Notes under the pieces: model-generated
What the model was told of the DNA's origin: nothing
Databases searched by the model: none
What the model saw: only the letters and a program-made list of their open reading frames with translations
Shown: piece after piece, positions 37,994 to 49,026 of the stretch
Layout of the letters: every line of letters starts with the position of its first letter
Position numbering within the stretch: the first letter of the stretch is position 1
Made by a program: the position numbers and the translations under genes
Assembly: GCF_036626415.1 (NCBI RefSeq)
Contig: NZ_JAZKRW010000002.1
Span: forward strand, 9,521 to 73,520
DNA: 64,000 nt
From: Salinibacter sp.
GTDB taxonomy: Bacteria; Bacteroidota; Rhodothermia; Rhodothermales; Salinibacteraceae
Direction of reading: 5' to 3'

Positions 37994-38203
37994 TCAGAGC
38001 CAGTGGAAGGACCCAAGCCAGACGCAGGCGCCCGCGAACAGCAACATGGCCCCCGACACCAGGTCCGGCACGTGGGTCATCCAGACCCCTTCCTCGTTCG
38101 TGTGTGACCGTCCCGCGATCCCACGCCGGAAGTAGTCGCCCCCGAAGTACAGGAGCACGCAGCCGAGGACGTTCATGCACGCGAAGACGACGGGATCGTC
38201 CAT
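37994..38203 (-). CDS. Small 2-TM hypothetical protein
   Basis: 69 aa with two hydrophobic segments, host-like codon usage, lying in an otherwise empty gap. Confidence 0.55.
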   Translation of the reverse strand: MDDPVVFACMNVLGCVLLYFGGDYFRRGIAGRSHTNEEGVWMTHVPDLVSGAMLLFAGACVWLGSFHWL

Positions 38204-38303
38204 CTCGATGGGCCGCGTCTGAATGGCTCGAGCAGCGGGTGCGCCTCTCGCCAGGCCGTGGAGTGCCTCTCAGGGGGCCGGGAAGCAAAACAGCAACGGA
38301 GCC

Positions 38304-41300
38304 CTACATATTCCGTCGGTACTCGCCGCCGACCTCGAAGAGCGCCTCGGTGATCTGGCCGAGGGAGCAGTACTTGACCGCCTCCATGAGCACCCCGAAC
38401 GTGTTTTCGTCCTCGCGGGCCGCCTCCTTGAGCTCCACGAGGGCAGCCTCGTTCTTGCCAGCGTAGCGCTCCTGAAACGCCTTCATGTTGTGGAGCTGGT
38501 GCTGCTTCTCGTCGTTGGACGAGCGCATGAGGTCCACCTCCTCCGTGCCCGAGCCGTCGTCCTCCTCGTCGCGCAGGAAGGTGTTGACGCCCACGACCGG
38601 GCGGTCGCCGGAGTGCTTCGACTCCTCCAGCTTCATCGACTCCTGCTGAATCTTGCCCCGCTGGTACATCGACTCCATCGCCCCGAGCACGCCGCCGCGG
38701 TTGTTGAGGCGCTCAAACTCGTGCAGCACGGCCTCCTCCACCAGGTCCGTCAGCTCCTCGATGATGTACGAGCCCTGGAGCGGGTTTTCGTTCTTCGTCA
38801 TGCCCAGCTCCTTGTTGATGATGAGCTGGATGGCGATGGCCCGCCGCACGCTCTCCTCCGTCGGCGTGGTGATGGCCTCGTCGTAGGCGTTGGTGTGGAG
38901 GGAGTTGCAGTTGTCGTAGACGGCCATAAGCGCCTGCAGCGTGGTGCGGATGTCGTTGAACTGAATCTCCTCCGCGTGCAGGCTGCGGCCGGAGGTCTGG
39001 ATGTGGTACTTGAGCTTCTGGCTCCGCTCGTTGGCGCCGTAGAGCTCTTTCATCGCCACCGCCCAGATGCGCCGCGCCACCCGCCCGATGACGCTGTACT
39101 CCGGGTCCATCCCGTTCGAGAAGAAGAACGAGAGGTTTTGGGCGAAGTCGTCGATGTCCATGCCCCGGCTCAGGTAGTACTCCACGTACGTGAAGCCGTT
39201 GGCCAGGGTAAAGGCCAGCTGCGTGATCGGGTTGGCGCCGGCCTCGGCGATGTGGTAGCCGCTGATCGAGACCGAGTAGTAGTTGCGGACGTCGTGGTCG
39301 ATGAAGTACTGCTGGATGTCGCCCATCAGCCGCAGGGCGAAGTCCGTGGAGAAGATGCAGGTGTTTTGGGCCTGGTCCTCCTTCAGGATGTCGGCCTGCA
39401 CCGTGCCCCGGACCGTGTGGAGCGTCTCGGCCTTGATCTCCTCGTACGTCTCGCGGTCGAGCACGCCCCACTCCACGAGCTCTTCGCCGCTCGTCCCAAG
39501 CAGGCCGAGGCCGCTGCCATCGTGGGTCTCCGGCAGCTCCTCCTCCTGACCGTCCGGCCCGTACGGCACATACTCAGGGCGATCGTCGCCCAGCTTCTCG
39601 TCGATCACCGCCTCCGCCTCGTCCCAGCGGCCCTCCTCGCGCAGGTGCTTCTCGACCTGCTGGTCGATGGCCGCGTTGAAGAACATGGCCATCAGCATCG
39701 GCGCCGGCCCGTTGATCGTCATCGACACGCTCGTCTTCCGGGCGCAGAGGTCGAAGCCCGAGAAGAGCTTCTTCATGTCGTCGAGCGTGCAGATGGAGAC
39801 GCCCGCGTTACCGACCTTGCCGTAAATGTCGGGTCGCTCGGCGGGGTCGCGGCCGTAGAGCGTGACGCTGTCGAAGGCCGTGGAGAGGCGGTTCGCCTCG
39901 TCCCCCTGCGAGACGAGGTGGAAGCGCCGGTTGGTGCGCTCGGGGGAGCCCTCCCCCGCAAACTGCCGCGTCGGCATCTCCCCCTCCCGCTTAAACGGAA
40001 AGACGCCCGCCGTGTAGGGGAAGTAGCCCGGCAGGTTCTCGGTGAGGGCAAACGCCAGGCGCTCGCCCGGGTCCTCGGTCGTGGGCAGGGCCACCCGTGG
40101 AATCTCCGTGCCGCTGAGGCTCTCGCGGTAGAGGGGGACCGTAAAGTCGCGCCCGCGGACCGTGTAGGTGAACTCCTCCTGCCGGTACTCGTCGGCCAGG
40201 TCGTCCCAGTTGTCGAGGATGTCCTTGCAGCGCTTGTCGAGCTTGTCCCACCAGTGCGCCTCCATCTCGTCGAGCCGCCCGGCGATCTGGTCCTGGTCCT
40301 CCGGCGCCCAGTCCTCCACCTGCTGGCGCGCGCCCCTCGCCTCGCCCCACTTCCGGGCGACCTCCACCTGTTGCTCGACCCAGTCGTGGTACTCGTCGCA
40401 GGTCTCCACAATTTCACCAAGGTAGCGCTGCCGGTCCGGCGGGATGATGGCGACCTCCGAGGGATCGGGCTCCGGGATCTCGTCGTCGTAGGTCTGCGTC
40501 TCGCGGTCGAACGCAAAGTCCTCGTTCAGGCGACCGAGCACGGCCTTGTAGAGGCGTGTCACACCCGGGTCGCCGAAGTGGGAGGCCATCGTCGGGTAGA
40601 CCGGCATGTCCTCGGGGGCCTCGTCGAACCGCAGGCGGTTGCGCTGCACCTGCTTGCGCACATCGCGGAGGGCGTCCTTCGAGCCCCGCTTTTCGTACTT
40701 GTTGATGGCCACGAAGTCAGCGAGGTCCAGCATTCCAATCTTCTCCAGCTGCGTTGGCGCGCCGAAGTCGTGGGTCATCACGTAGAGCGTCAGGTCCGTG
40801 AGGTCCACGATCTCCGTGTCGCTCTGCCCGATGCCCGCCGTCTCCACGAGAATCAGGTCGTAGTCCGCGGCCTGGCACACCCCGATCGCCTCCTTCAAGG
40901 CCTCCGTGGTGGTGCGGTTCGCCGCCCGCGTAGCGAAGGAGCGCATGTAGACCCGATCGGCGTGGGCCCCGTAGATCGCGTTCATCCGGATGCGGTCGCC
41001 CAGCAGCGCGCCCCCGGTGCGTCGCCGCGTGGGGTCGACCGACAGCACCGCCAGCTCCAGGTCGTCGTGGTCGTTCAGGAAGCGCCGCACGAGTTCGTCC
41101 GTCAGCGTCGACTTTCCAGCCCCCCCAGTCCCAGTAATCCCAAGTATCGGTCCCTGAGAACCTTCCCCCTTCAACCTTTCAACATTTAACTCCTCTGGAC
41201 TCCCATCTCCCCTCGGCTCCCCATCGGTCGGTGAGGGCTCGGCCTCATCCACCTCACCAGCCGCCCCCACGACCACCGCCGCGGGCTCCGGCTCCGGCGC

Positions 41301-41819
41301 CTCCACGCGGGTCAGGTTGCGGGCCACGACTCGAGGGTCCTGCCGGGGAACGTCGTCCGGCACGTGGAAGTCGGCGTCCACGACCGGGAAGTCACACTCT
41401 TCCACCATGTCGTTGATCATGCCCTGGAGCCCCAGGTCCATCCCCTCGTCCGGCGAGTAGATGTGCGCGATGCCGTAGGCCTCCAGTTCCGCCTTCTCCT
41501 CCGCCACAATGACGCCCCCGCCCCCGCCGTAGACGCGAATGTGCCCCGCCCCTCGTTCCTCCAGCAGGTCGTGCATGTACTTGAAGTATTCCATGTGGCC
41601 GCCCTGATAGCTCGACACGGCGATGCCCTGGGCGTCTTCCTCGATGGCCGTGTCCACGATCTCCTGGACCGAGCGGTTATGGCCAAGGTGAATCACCTCC
41701 GCCCCCGTCTGCTGCAGGATGCGACGCATGATGTTGATCGCCGCGTCGTGCCCGTCGAACAGGCTCGTGGCGGTCACAAACCGGACCGGGTGGGCGGGCT
41801 GATAGCGGTCGACGTCCAT
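38304..41819 (-). CDS. icmF: Fused isobutyryl-CoA mutase / GTPase chaperone
   Basis: B12-binding domain [16 protein letters not shown]; G-domain [23 protein letters not shown]; mutase domain [46 protein letters not shown]. Confidence 0.93.
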   Translation of the reverse strand: MDVDRYQPAHPVRFVTATSLFDGHDAAINIMRRILQQTGAEVIHLGHNRSVQEIVDTAIEEDAQGIAVSSYQGGHMEYFKYMHDLLEERGAGHIRVYGGGGGVIVAEEKAELEAYGIAHIYSPDEGMDLGLQGMINDMVEECDFPVVDADFHVPDDVPRQDPRVVARNLTRVEAPEPEPAAVVVGAAGEVDEAEPSPTDGEPRGDGSPEELNVERLKGEGSQGPILGITGTGGAGKSTLTDELVRRFLNDHDDLELAVLSVDPTRRRTGGALLGDRIRMNAIYGAHADRVYMRSFATRAANRTTTEALKEAIGVCQAADYDLILVETAGIGQSDTEIVDLTDLTLYVMTHDFGAPTQLEKIGMLDLADFVAINKYEKRGSKDALRDVRKQVQRNRLRFDEAPEDMPVYPTMASHFGDPGVTRLYKAVLGRLNEDFAFDRETQTYDDEIPEPDPSEVAIIPPDRQRYLGEIVETCDEYHDWVEQQVEVARKWGEARGARQQVEDWAPEDQDQIAGRLDEMEAHWWDKLDKRCKDILDNWDDLADEYRQEEFTYTVRGRDFTVPLYRESLSGTEIPRVALPTTEDPGERLAFALTENLPGYFPYTAGVFPFKREGEMPTRQFAGEGSPERTNRRFHLVSQGDEANRLSTAFDSVTLYGRDPAERPDIYGKVGNAGVSICTLDDMKKLFSGFDLCARKTSVSMTINGPAPMLMAMFFNAAIDQQVEKHLREEGRWDEAEAVIDEKLGDDRPEYVPYGPDGQEEELPETHDGSGLGLLGTSGEELVEWGVLDRETYEEIKAETLHTVRGTVQADILKEDQAQNTCIFSTDFALRLMGDIQQYFIDHDVRNYYSVSISGYHIAEAGANPITQLAFTLANGFTYVEYYLSRGMDIDDFAQNLSFFFSNGMDPEYSVIGRVARRIWAVAMKELYGANERSQKLKYHIQTSGRSLHAEEIQFNDIRTTLQALMAVYDNCNSLHTNAYDEAITTPTEESVRRAIAIQLIINKELGMTKNENPLQGSYIIEELTDLVEEAVLHEFERLNNRGGVLGAMESMYQRGKIQQESMKLEESKHSGDRPVVGVNTFLRDEEDDGSGTEEVDLMRSSNDEKQHQLHNMKAFQERYAGKNEAALVELKEAAREDENTFGVLMEAVKYCSLGQITEALFEVGGEYRRNM

Positions 41820-42089
41820 GGGAGCAAAAGAGTTATGAGAAAGGTGCGTGGACGGAGAACAGAAAGCGCTTCCGTAAAGATTTACGGGCACTGTGCAGAC
41901 ACGTTGCATAAAATGCCCGCCGGACTCTTATCCGCAGCCCCCATTCCGGGACACGGAGGCCAATCGTGCGGGGGCCCGTCCCTTCGTCTTCGGGAACCCC
42001 TTCGCCTCCTGTACCGTCCGTGCAACGAGTCGCCGGAGGCAGGGCCGGCCTCGTACACCCGCTCTTTCGACCAGCCGTATCTCCGTCCC

Positions 42090-42875
42090 ATGGCCAAACT
42101 CGTCGTTCTCGGTGGCAATGGGTTCATCGGCACCGAGATTTGCCGCGTCGCCGTCCAGAACGGGCACGAGGTGGCCGCCTTCGGGCGCACCGGCCGCCCC
42201 GCCCTCACGCCCGCCCGGCATCCCTGGACTCAGGACGTGGAGTGGCGCGCGGCCGACGTGTTCGCCCCCGACACCTGGCGCGACCTGCTCGACGGCGCCG
42301 ACGCGGTGGTGCATACCATCGCTACCCTCCGCGAGCGCCCCAGAGACGATGTCACGTTCGATCGCGTGAATGCGGAGTCGGCGCTTCTCGCGGCTGAGGC
42401 GGCAGTCGCGGCCGATGTTGACGCCTTCGTGTTTCTCTCGGTGCGCGACAAGCCCCCCCTCGTCCCCTACGCCTTCCTGTCGGCCAAGCGCCGGGCCGAA
42501 CGTGGCCTTCGGGAGGACTACCCATCTCTTCGAACCGTGACGCTCCGTCCCAATCTCGTCTACGGAGACCGCAAGACGGGGACCCCAACGCTCGCCGCCG
42601 TCTTCAACCAGGGTCAAGAGCTCCGTCTCCACCCGTACGCGTCGACCGAGGGGCGTCCGCTGCCCGTCGAGTTTGTCGCGGCCGCCGCCGTGCAGGCCGC
42701 CGTCACCTCCACGATGGACGGCATTCTCACCGTGCCTCAGATCGAGGACATGGGGCGCACAAGTGGACTCGTCGACCCGGACGCCGTCTCCACGCCCACC
42801 CTCACGCCCCTGCTGGTGGGACTGGGCGGCACGGCCCTAGGGGCTTGGCTCCTCCGCCGATGGTGGACCTCGTAG
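42090..42875 (+). CDS. NAD-dependent epimerase/dehydratase (atypical SDR)
   Basis: LVVLGGNGFIGTEIC, DAVVHTI, YLSAK-like motif (FLSAKR), LRPNLVYG. Confidence 0.85.
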   Translation: MAKLVVLGGNGFIGTEICRVAVQNGHEVAAFGRTGRPALTPARHPWTQDVEWRAADVFAPDTWRDLLDGADAVVHTIATLRERPRDDVTFDRVNAESALLAAEAAVAADVDAFVFLSVRDKPPLVPYAFLSAKRRAERGLREDYPSLRTVTLRPNLVYGDRKTGTPTLAAVFNQGQELRLHPYASTEGRPLPVEFVAAAAVQAAVTSTMDGILTVPQIEDMGRTSGLVDPDAVSTPTLTPLLVGLGGTALGAWLLRRWWTS

Positions 42876-42919
42876 CCTCTTCAGGCGCTCCCCCTGCGGG
42901 CGCCCGGATCGCTCCAGGA

Positions 42920-43444
42920 CTACGAGGCAGGCGCCGCGTCAGAGACGGGCGGCGTCTCGGTCGATTCCGCCCCCAGTGCGAGGATGATGCGCCGCTCCAG
43001 CGTGCGTTTCAGGTGCAGGATGTCCTCCTCCTCCCCCTGATCGATGTACATCGCGTGGATGTAGAGGTACTCGCGGTCCTCCGACACGTCAAGGCTCAGC
43101 GTGCCCGGCGTCAGCGAGATGAGGTTTGCAAAGAGCGTGATGCCCAGGTCCGACCGCACGGAGAGCGGGACGGCAAGGATGCCCGCCCGCATGCGATAGC
43201 CCGGCGTGATGACCTCTATGGCCACCCGGACGCTCGAACTGATGAGCTCCTTCAGAAAGAAGCCCACCAGGGACACCTTGTACCAAATGCGCCGGTCGTA
43301 GCTGGCCTCGCCCAGCAGGGGCCGAAGCAGGCGCAGCACCAGGTATCCCAGCACAAAGCCGACGGCAAAGTTAGCGAGCGTGAACGCGCCCTGCACGGCC
43401 GTCCACACCAGGGCGAGGACCAGCGTCAGCAGCAGATTTTTCAT
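42920..43444 (-). CDS. mrpE: Mrp Na+/H+ antiporter subunit E
   Basis: LFANLISLTPGTLSLDV, LYIHAM. Confidence 0.93.
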   Translation of the reverse strand: MKNLLLTLVLALVWTAVQGAFTLANFAVGFVLGYLVLRLLRPLLGEASYDRRIWYKVSLVGFFLKELISSSVRVAIEVITPGYRMRAGILAVPLSVRSDLGITLFANLISLTPGTLSLDVSEDREYLYIHAMYIDQGEEEDILHLKRTLERRIILALGAESTETPPVSDAAPAS

Positions 43445-44939
43445 GGTTGAGCACCGCTTCGACGTATTGAGAGGAATTGTAGAGCTCATCCGCCGACCGC
43501 TCGGCGAGGTCGTATACCGGCCCGGCAAAGACACTAATCAGGATGGTGAGGGCCGCCAGCCCGGCGATCGGCACGTACATGACGCGCGTGCCCAGGCCCA
43601 TCGACGACACCGCGTCCGGCAGGTCGCCCCCGCCCCCTGGGAGAAAGGCCTTCACCCAAATCTTCGTCATCGAGAACATGGTGAAGAGCCCCACGGCCAC
43701 GGCCACGGCCACAATCCAGTACGCGCCCGCCTCGATGCCGGCAATCGTCAAAATGAGCTTCGCCCAGAAGCCAGAGAGCGGCGGAAAGCCGGCCAGCGAG
43801 AACGCCGGAATGATGAAGAGCGCCGCGAGCCAGGGGTGATACGCGTAAAGCCCGTCGAGCGACTTCAGGCTAAAGGAGCCCCGCAGCCGCTTCGCCACCC
43901 CGCTCACGAGAAACAGGTTCGCCTTCACGATGATGTGGTGGACGATGTAGAACACACCTCCCAAAATGGCCAGCGGCGTATACAGCGCGAGCCCCATGAT
44001 CATGTAGCCGATCTGGCTGATGATGTGGAAGGACAGCACGCGCCGAAAGTCGTTTTGGACGGCGGCGCCGAGGACGCCCGTCACCATGGTGAGCCCGGCG
44101 CCCCACAGCAGAAGCGTGTGGGTGTAGCCCACGTCCTGGGTAAACAGCAGCGTGAAGACGCGAAAGAGGGCGTAGACCCCCACCTTGGTCAGCAGGCCCG
44201 CAAAGAAGGCAGAGACGGAGGCCGGCGGGGTGTGGTAGGACGCCGGCAGCCAGAAAAAGAGCGGAAACAGGGCCGCCTTGATGCCGAAGGAAATGAGAAA
44301 CAGCATCGCCACCACCGTCACCAGGCCCGGCTGGCCGACCTCGGAGAGGGCCAGCGAGAGCTCGGCCATGTTGAGCGTGCCCGTCATCCCGTACACCAGC
44401 CCGACGCCCGCCAGGAAGAGCAGCGACGACACCAGGTTGATGACGACATACTTGACCGCCCCGGCAAGCTGCTCGTCCGTGTTGCCCAGCACGATCAGCA
44501 CGAACGAGGAGATCAGCATCACCTCAAACCACACGTAGAGGTTGAAGAGGTCCCCCGTCAAAAACGCCCCGTTGATGCCGATCATGAGCAGGTTGAAGAA
44601 CGGGTAGAACCCGAACCGCACCCGCGCGTCGTCCACGTCCGGCACGGCGTATACGGCCACGGCCACCCCGATGATGGCGGACACAATGAGCATGAGGACA
44701 CTCAGGTAATCCACCACGAACACGATCCCGAACGGAACGGGCCAGTCCCCGATCGTGGTCACCTGGATGCCCTGCTCCGTGATGCGGGCCAAGAGCCCCA
44801 GCGACGCCGCCAGGATGCCCCCCATGCTGACGATGTTGATGCCCTTCTGCACCGTGGGCCATCGGGCAAACAAGAGCGCCGCCACCGCCGCCACGAACGG
44901 GATGAGGAGCGGCAGGATGATCAGGAGATGGGCGGACAT
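43371..44939 (-). CDS. mrpD: Mrp Na+/H+ antiporter subunit D
   Basis: GDLFNLYVWFEVML, KAALFPLFFWLP, LLTKVGVY, HHIIVKANLF, GFPPLSGFWAK. Confidence 0.95.
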   Translation of the reverse strand: MSAHLLIILPLLIPFVAAVAALLFARWPTVQKGINIVSMGGILAASLGLLARITEQGIQVTTIGDWPVPFGIVFVVDYLSVLMLIVSAIIGVAVAVYAVPDVDDARVRFGFYPFFNLLMIGINGAFLTGDLFNLYVWFEVMLISSFVLIVLGNTDEQLAGAVKYVVINLVSSLLFLAGVGLVYGMTGTLNMAELSLALSEVGQPGLVTVVAMLFLISFGIKAALFPLFFWLPASYHTPPASVSAFFAGLLTKVGVYALFRVFTLLFTQDVGYTHTLLLWGAGLTMVTGVLGAAVQNDFRRVLSFHIISQIGYMIMGLALYTPLAILGGVFYIVHHIIVKANLFLVSGVAKRLRGSFSLKSLDGLYAYHPWLAALFIIPAFSLAGFPPLSGFWAKLILTIAGIEAGAYWIVAVAVAVGLFTMFSMTKIWVKAFLPGGGGDLPDAVSSMGLGTRVMYVPIAGLAALTILISVFAGPVYDLAERSADELYNSSQYVEAVLNHEKSAADAGPRPGVDGRAGRVHAR

Positions 44940-44981
44940 GAACCAGGGCGGTCAGTTCAACAGGCCGGGATGGTCGGGGGG

Positions 44982-45338
44982 CTACTCGTCGCCGAGCGTC
45001 GCCTCAATGAGCGCGTCGGCATCGGCCGACTGGTAGGACTCGTGCAGCCGATAGACCAGCACCAGCGAGAACGCCAGCAGCCCAAACCCAATCACGATGG
45101 CCGTCAGGATGAGGGCCTGGGAGAGCGGATTTGCAATGACCTCGGGCGGATACTTCTCCCCCGAGGGAATGAGGGGCGATGCGCCCCGCGTCATCCGGCC
45201 CATCGCAAAGATCAGGAGGTGAATCCCGTTCGACAAGATGACCACGCCAATGATCTTTCGCACCAGGTCGCGCTGCAGCAGCAGATAGACGCTGATGGCG
45301 ACCATCGCGCCGGTGACAAGGGCAAGGAGGGTTTCCAT
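44982..45338 (-). CDS. mrpC: Mrp Na+/H+ antiporter subunit C
   Basis: NPLSQALILTAIVIGFG. Confidence 0.95.
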   Translation of the reverse strand: METLLALVTGAMVAISVYLLLQRDLVRKIIGVVILSNGIHLLIFAMGRMTRGASPLIPSGEKYPPEVIANPLSQALILTAIVIGFGLLAFSLVLVYRLHESYQSADADALIEATLGDE

Positions 45339-45381
45339 TACACCGTGTACGATTCGTGAGACGACCAGTCGAACGGAGCGC

Positions 45382-45819
45382 CTACTCAGAGGCAGCCGAC
45401 TGTGGAAACAGGCCCGGGTTGTGCTCCTCCAGTTCGTAGACGATCACGAGGGCCAGGCCAATGACCAGGAGGTACACCCCCACGTCGAACAAGACCGGGG
45501 TCCCCACCTTCAGCGCGCCCCACTTGACCCAAAGCCCTTCGAGCAGGGTCCCGCCCCCGAACAGAGGGAGCACTCCGCTCAGCACCGCGATGCCCAGCCC
45601 CACGGCCATCAGCTGCTGGGGCGTGGCCCGCAGCGCCTCCCGGGAGGATGCCGTTCCGTACGCGATCGCATAGAGGGCAAACGAAATGCCGGCCACGAGC
45701 CCCCCAATGAAGCCGCCCCCGGTCTCGTTGTGCCCGCGAAGGAGCAGGAACACCGAAAACAACAATGTTAGCGGCACGAGGAGGCGCGCCGCGGTACGCA
45801 GAATAACAGAAAACCTCAC
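45382..45819 (-). CDS. mrpB: Mrp Na+/H+ antiporter subunit B
   Basis: [25 protein letters not shown]. Confidence 0.93.
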   Translation of the reverse strand: MRFSVILRTAARLLVPLTLLFSVFLLLRGHNETGGGFIGGLVAGISFALYAIAYGTASSREALRATPQQLMAVGLGIAVLSGVLPLFGGGTLLEGLWVKWGALKVGTPVLFDVGVYLLVIGLALVIVYELEEHNPGLFPQSAASE

Positions 45820-48200
45820 GATAGCTGTTGGGTCTGTTCGGCCTGTTCAACGGGCGCGGATGCGTCTTCGGGCGGGGGGTCATTTTCGGCATTGGGATTG
45901 GGGGCGGTGCCCGTGCGCAGCAGCGCGTAGATGCCGAAGCCTGCGACCAACAACACGGTGATCTCTCCGAGGGTGTCAAGCGCCCGGAAATCGACCAGGA
46001 TGGTATTGACAATGTTGTGCCCCTCCCCCTCCACGTACGTATTCTGCGCGTAGTAGTCGCCCATCGGATTCTCGAAAGGCAGCTTGAGCACGGCCAGGAT
46101 CAGCCCCGACACCACAGCCCCCATCCCAACCGCCACGGCCCCGTTCGTCACCTTTTGCCCTGCCGTGAGCGTCCCCTGGACGTCCGAAACCGCGGTCAGG
46201 ATGAGCACGACGAGGATGACCGTCAGCGTCTCGATGAGGAACTGCGTCTTGGCGAGGTCCGGCGCGCCGAAGGCGAGAAAGAGCAGCGCAATGCTGAAGC
46301 CGGAAACCCCGAGCGAGGTGATGAGGGCGATGCGGGACCGGAAGAACAGCGTTCCGAACGCCCCGACCACTGACAAGGCCGCCAGCACCCACTCGTGGGA
46401 CCTCACATCGGCCACCGAAATGGCCCCCCCAAAGAACCCGTAGTGGTAGAAGGCAGCCCCCACGAGGCCGATGGTCGTCACCAGAACGGTCGAGAGGTAG
46501 CGACGCAGCACCCCGCTCTGAAGCACATTTGTCTGCCACCGTCCCATTCCCAAGAGCCCATCGACGACGTGGTCGTATCCGTGGTCGAGCCCCGTGCCGA
46601 GCCAGCGTTCGAGCTGTTGGAAGCCCGCGTTGGTGCGGAGGACGGTCCAGGCGAGGTAGGTCCCCACGCCCGCCGCCACGGTCACGGCACTGAGCCCCAG
46701 CTCCAACGTGAACCCGTGCCAGAGGGCCAGGTGCGGCTCGATCGACGCGCCCAAGACCGCCCCGGCCGACGGGCCGAGGAACGCGGCATCGAGCAGCCAC
46801 GGCGCGAGGCCAAGCCCCACGCTAAAGACGCTCAAGACGACCGGGCCAAACCAGAGGCCGGCCTCGGGACGATGGGCGTGTTCCGTCACGTCGTTCAGCT
46901 CCCCAAAGAAGGGCCGGATCACCAACAGGCCGGCGGACGCGACCAGCGCCACATTCGCCAGCACCGAAACGGTGGTGACCGCCACCGTGGCCGGGTCGAA
47001 GTGGGTGGCGGCCTCATAGATCAGCTCCTTTCCCACAAATCCGAAGAACGGCGGGATGCCCGCCATCGAGAGGGCCGCCAGGCCCGCCGCCACGCCCGTT
47101 ACGGGCATCCGATGCCGCAGGCCGCCCAGCTTCGTAATGTCGCGGACGTGTACCTCGTGGTCGATCGCCCCCGCCACCATGAAGAGGGCCGCCTTGTAGA
47201 AGGCGTGCACCAGGATGAACACCATACAGGCCTCCACGGCGACCTCGGTCCCCAGCCCCAGCAGCATCGTCAGGAGCCCGAGGGCCATGATCGTGGTGTA
47301 GGCCAGGATCGCCTTCATGTCGGTGTACTGCAGGGCGAGCCAGGCGCTCAGCACCATCGTGAGCGCCCCGACGCCCCCCACGATCCACATCCAGAGGTCC
47401 GTCCCCGACAGCACGGGGTGAAAGCGGGCCATCACGTAGATGCCGGCCTTCACCATGGTGGCGGAGTGGAGGTAGGCGCTCACCGGCGTGGGCGCCTCCA
47501 TCGCGTTGGGGAGCCAGAAGTAGAAGGGAAACTGGGCCGACTTCGTGAACGCCCCGGCGAGCACCAGCAGGACGATGGGCAGGTAGAAGCTGTGCTGCCG
47601 GATCACGTCGCCGGACTCCAGAATGGCGGAGATCTGAAAGGTCCCCGTCGCCTGCTGCATCAGGATGAACCCGACGAGCAGCGCCAGGCCGCCCGCCTTG
47701 GTCACCAGCAGCGCCTGCCAGGCCGCCCGCCGCGAGGGCGCCTCGTCGTGGTTGAACCCGATCAGGACGAACGAGGCAAAGCTCGTCAGCTCGAAGAAGA
47801 TGTAAAACGTGATCAGGTTGTCCGCCAGAACGAGACCCACCATGGCGGCCATGAACATCGACAGGTAGCTGAAGAAACGCCCCAGATGGTGGTGTCCCTT
47901 CAGGTAGCCCCCGGCGTAGACGTAGATCAGCGTGCCGATGCCGGTGATCAGGAGGGCAAAAAAGAGGCTGAGTCCGTCAACATAGAACGATAGGTTGACG
48001 TTCAGGCCCGGCACCCAGGCGTAGGACACCCGAAGCGTCTCTCCCGCCGCCACCCGCCCTACGAGGGTCGCCAGCGTTCCCGTGATGGCGGCCGGCAGTA
48101 GCCCGTAGAGCCATCCCGTCGCCCGTCCGGTGTACTGCGTCAGCCAGGGGGCGACGAGGGCAAGCAGAAAGCCCGAAAAGACGGCAAACAGGATCGCCAT
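45816..48200 (-). CDS. mrpA: Mrp Na+/H+ antiporter subunit A
   Basis: [56 protein letters not shown]. Confidence 0.96.
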   Translation of the reverse strand: MAILFAVFSGFLLALVAPWLTQYTGRATGWLYGLLPAAITGTLATLVGRVAAGETLRVSYAWVPGLNVNLSFYVDGLSLFFALLITGIGTLIYVYAGGYLKGHHHLGRFFSYLSMFMAAMVGLVLADNLITFYIFFELTSFASFVLIGFNHDEAPSRRAAWQALLVTKAGGLALLVGFILMQQATGTFQISAILESGDVIRQHSFYLPIVLLVLAGAFTKSAQFPFYFWLPNAMEAPTPVSAYLHSATMVKAGIYVMARFHPVLSGTDLWMWIVGGVGALTMVLSAWLALQYTDMKAILAYTTIMALGLLTMLLGLGTEVAVEACMVFILVHAFYKAALFMVAGAIDHEVHVRDITKLGGLRHRMPVTGVAAGLAALSMAGIPPFFGFVGKELIYEAATHFDPATVAVTTVSVLANVALVASAGLLVIRPFFGELNDVTEHAHRPEAGLWFGPVVLSVFSVGLGLAPWLLDAAFLGPSAGAVLGASIEPHLALWHGFTLELGLSAVTVAAGVGTYLAWTVLRTNAGFQQLERWLGTGLDHGYDHVVDGLLGMGRWQTNVLQSGVLRRYLSTVLVTTIGLVGAAFYHYGFFGGAISVADVRSHEWVLAALSVVGAFGTLFFRSRIALITSLGVSGFSIALLFLAFGAPDLAKTQFLIETLTVILVVLILTAVSDVQGTLTAGQKVTNGAVAVGMGAVVSGLILAVLKLPFENPMGDYYAQNTYVEGEGHNIVNTILVDFRALDTLGEITVLLVAGFGIYALLRTGTAPNPNAENDPPPEDASAPVEQAEQTQQLS

Positions 48201-48266
48201 GAGCAGCGTCGGTCAACCCAGAAAAACGAGACAATCGGAGGTCTTTCCCAGTTGCAGGTCGCCGGT

Positions 48267-48671
48267 TCAGGACACTGCCCCCGAAGAGTCGGACGTTTCC
48301 TCCACGGCCTCGGTGGAGAACAGCGCCTTTCCTCGGTGGTCGAGCATGCGATCGACGACCGTGCCGCCCCAGACGGTAACCCCCAGTTCCTCTCGGGCAA
48401 AGTAGGAGGCCCGCCCGATCATGTGGGCGGCCACGGGGGCCGTGAGGAGCAGGAAGAGCACGAGGGCAGAGGCACGTGTGAAGATGCCGAGGTCCGGATA
48501 AAAGACCACGAGGCCGGCTGCGTTCAACGCCACCCCGAGGGTACCGGCCTTGGTGGAGGCATGCAGTCGCATGTACACGTCCGGCAGCCGCAGGACCCCG
48601 AGCCCGGCGACAAACACGAACAGCGTGCCCGTGCTCATCAAAAAAATGCCAACAACCTGCTGGGCAAGCAT
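48267..48671 (-). CDS. mrpG: Mrp Na+/H+ antiporter subunit G
   Basis: GVLRLPDVYMRLHASTKAGTLG, TAPVAAH. Confidence 0.93.
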   Translation of the reverse strand: MLAQQVVGIFLMSTGTLFVFVAGLGVLRLPDVYMRLHASTKAGTLGVALNAAGLVVFYPDLGIFTRASALVLFLLLTAPVAAHMIGRASYFAREELGVTVWGGTVVDRMLDHRGKALFSTEAVEETSDSSGAVS

Positions 48672-48714
48672 CACAGAGCGTGGATCTTTGGGAGTGCAGA
48701 GCGGACCCGCAGCG

Positions 48715-49026
48715 CTAGTCCGACATCGGGGCTGCCTCTTCCTCCGCCACCGAGAGGTGCTCAATGTACCGGGCGAACGCGACCGTCCCGAGAAAGGCCA
48801 CGAGGGCCAACACCAGCGACACGTCCAAAAAGGCAGGCTGCCCCGTGAGCACGGCGTAGACGAGCATGAAGGCGACGGCCTGGTAGGCCACAAGGTCCAA
48901 TGAGACCACCCGGTCCGGCAGGGTGGGCCCACGCAGCAGCCGAATCACCGTCATCACGAGCGAGAGGACGATCGCGATCAGGCACGCAGACGCGAACCAG
49001 GCTGGAGCGCCGCTAAGCTCTGCCAT
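48715..49026 (-). CDS. mrpF: Mrp Na+/H+ antiporter subunit F
   Basis: RLLRGPTLPDRVVSLD, LVAFLGTVAFARY. Confidence 0.93.
   Translation of the reverse strand: MAELSGAPAWFASACLIAIVLSLVMTVIRLLRGPTLPDRVVSLDLVAYQAVAFMLVYAVLTGQPAFLDVSLVLALVAFLGTVAFARYIEHLSVAEEEAAPMSD

Noticed and set aside
41112-41225. Diversity-generating retroelement variable region as the cause of the icmF codon patch
   Set aside because: No reverse transcriptase or template repeat is visible in the window, and the conserved P-loop residues are unchanged, unlike adenine-directed diversification.
41364-42089. Long N-terminal extension of the SDR ORF
   Set aside because: It overlaps icmF in antisense; the Rossmann motif begins right after ATG 42090.
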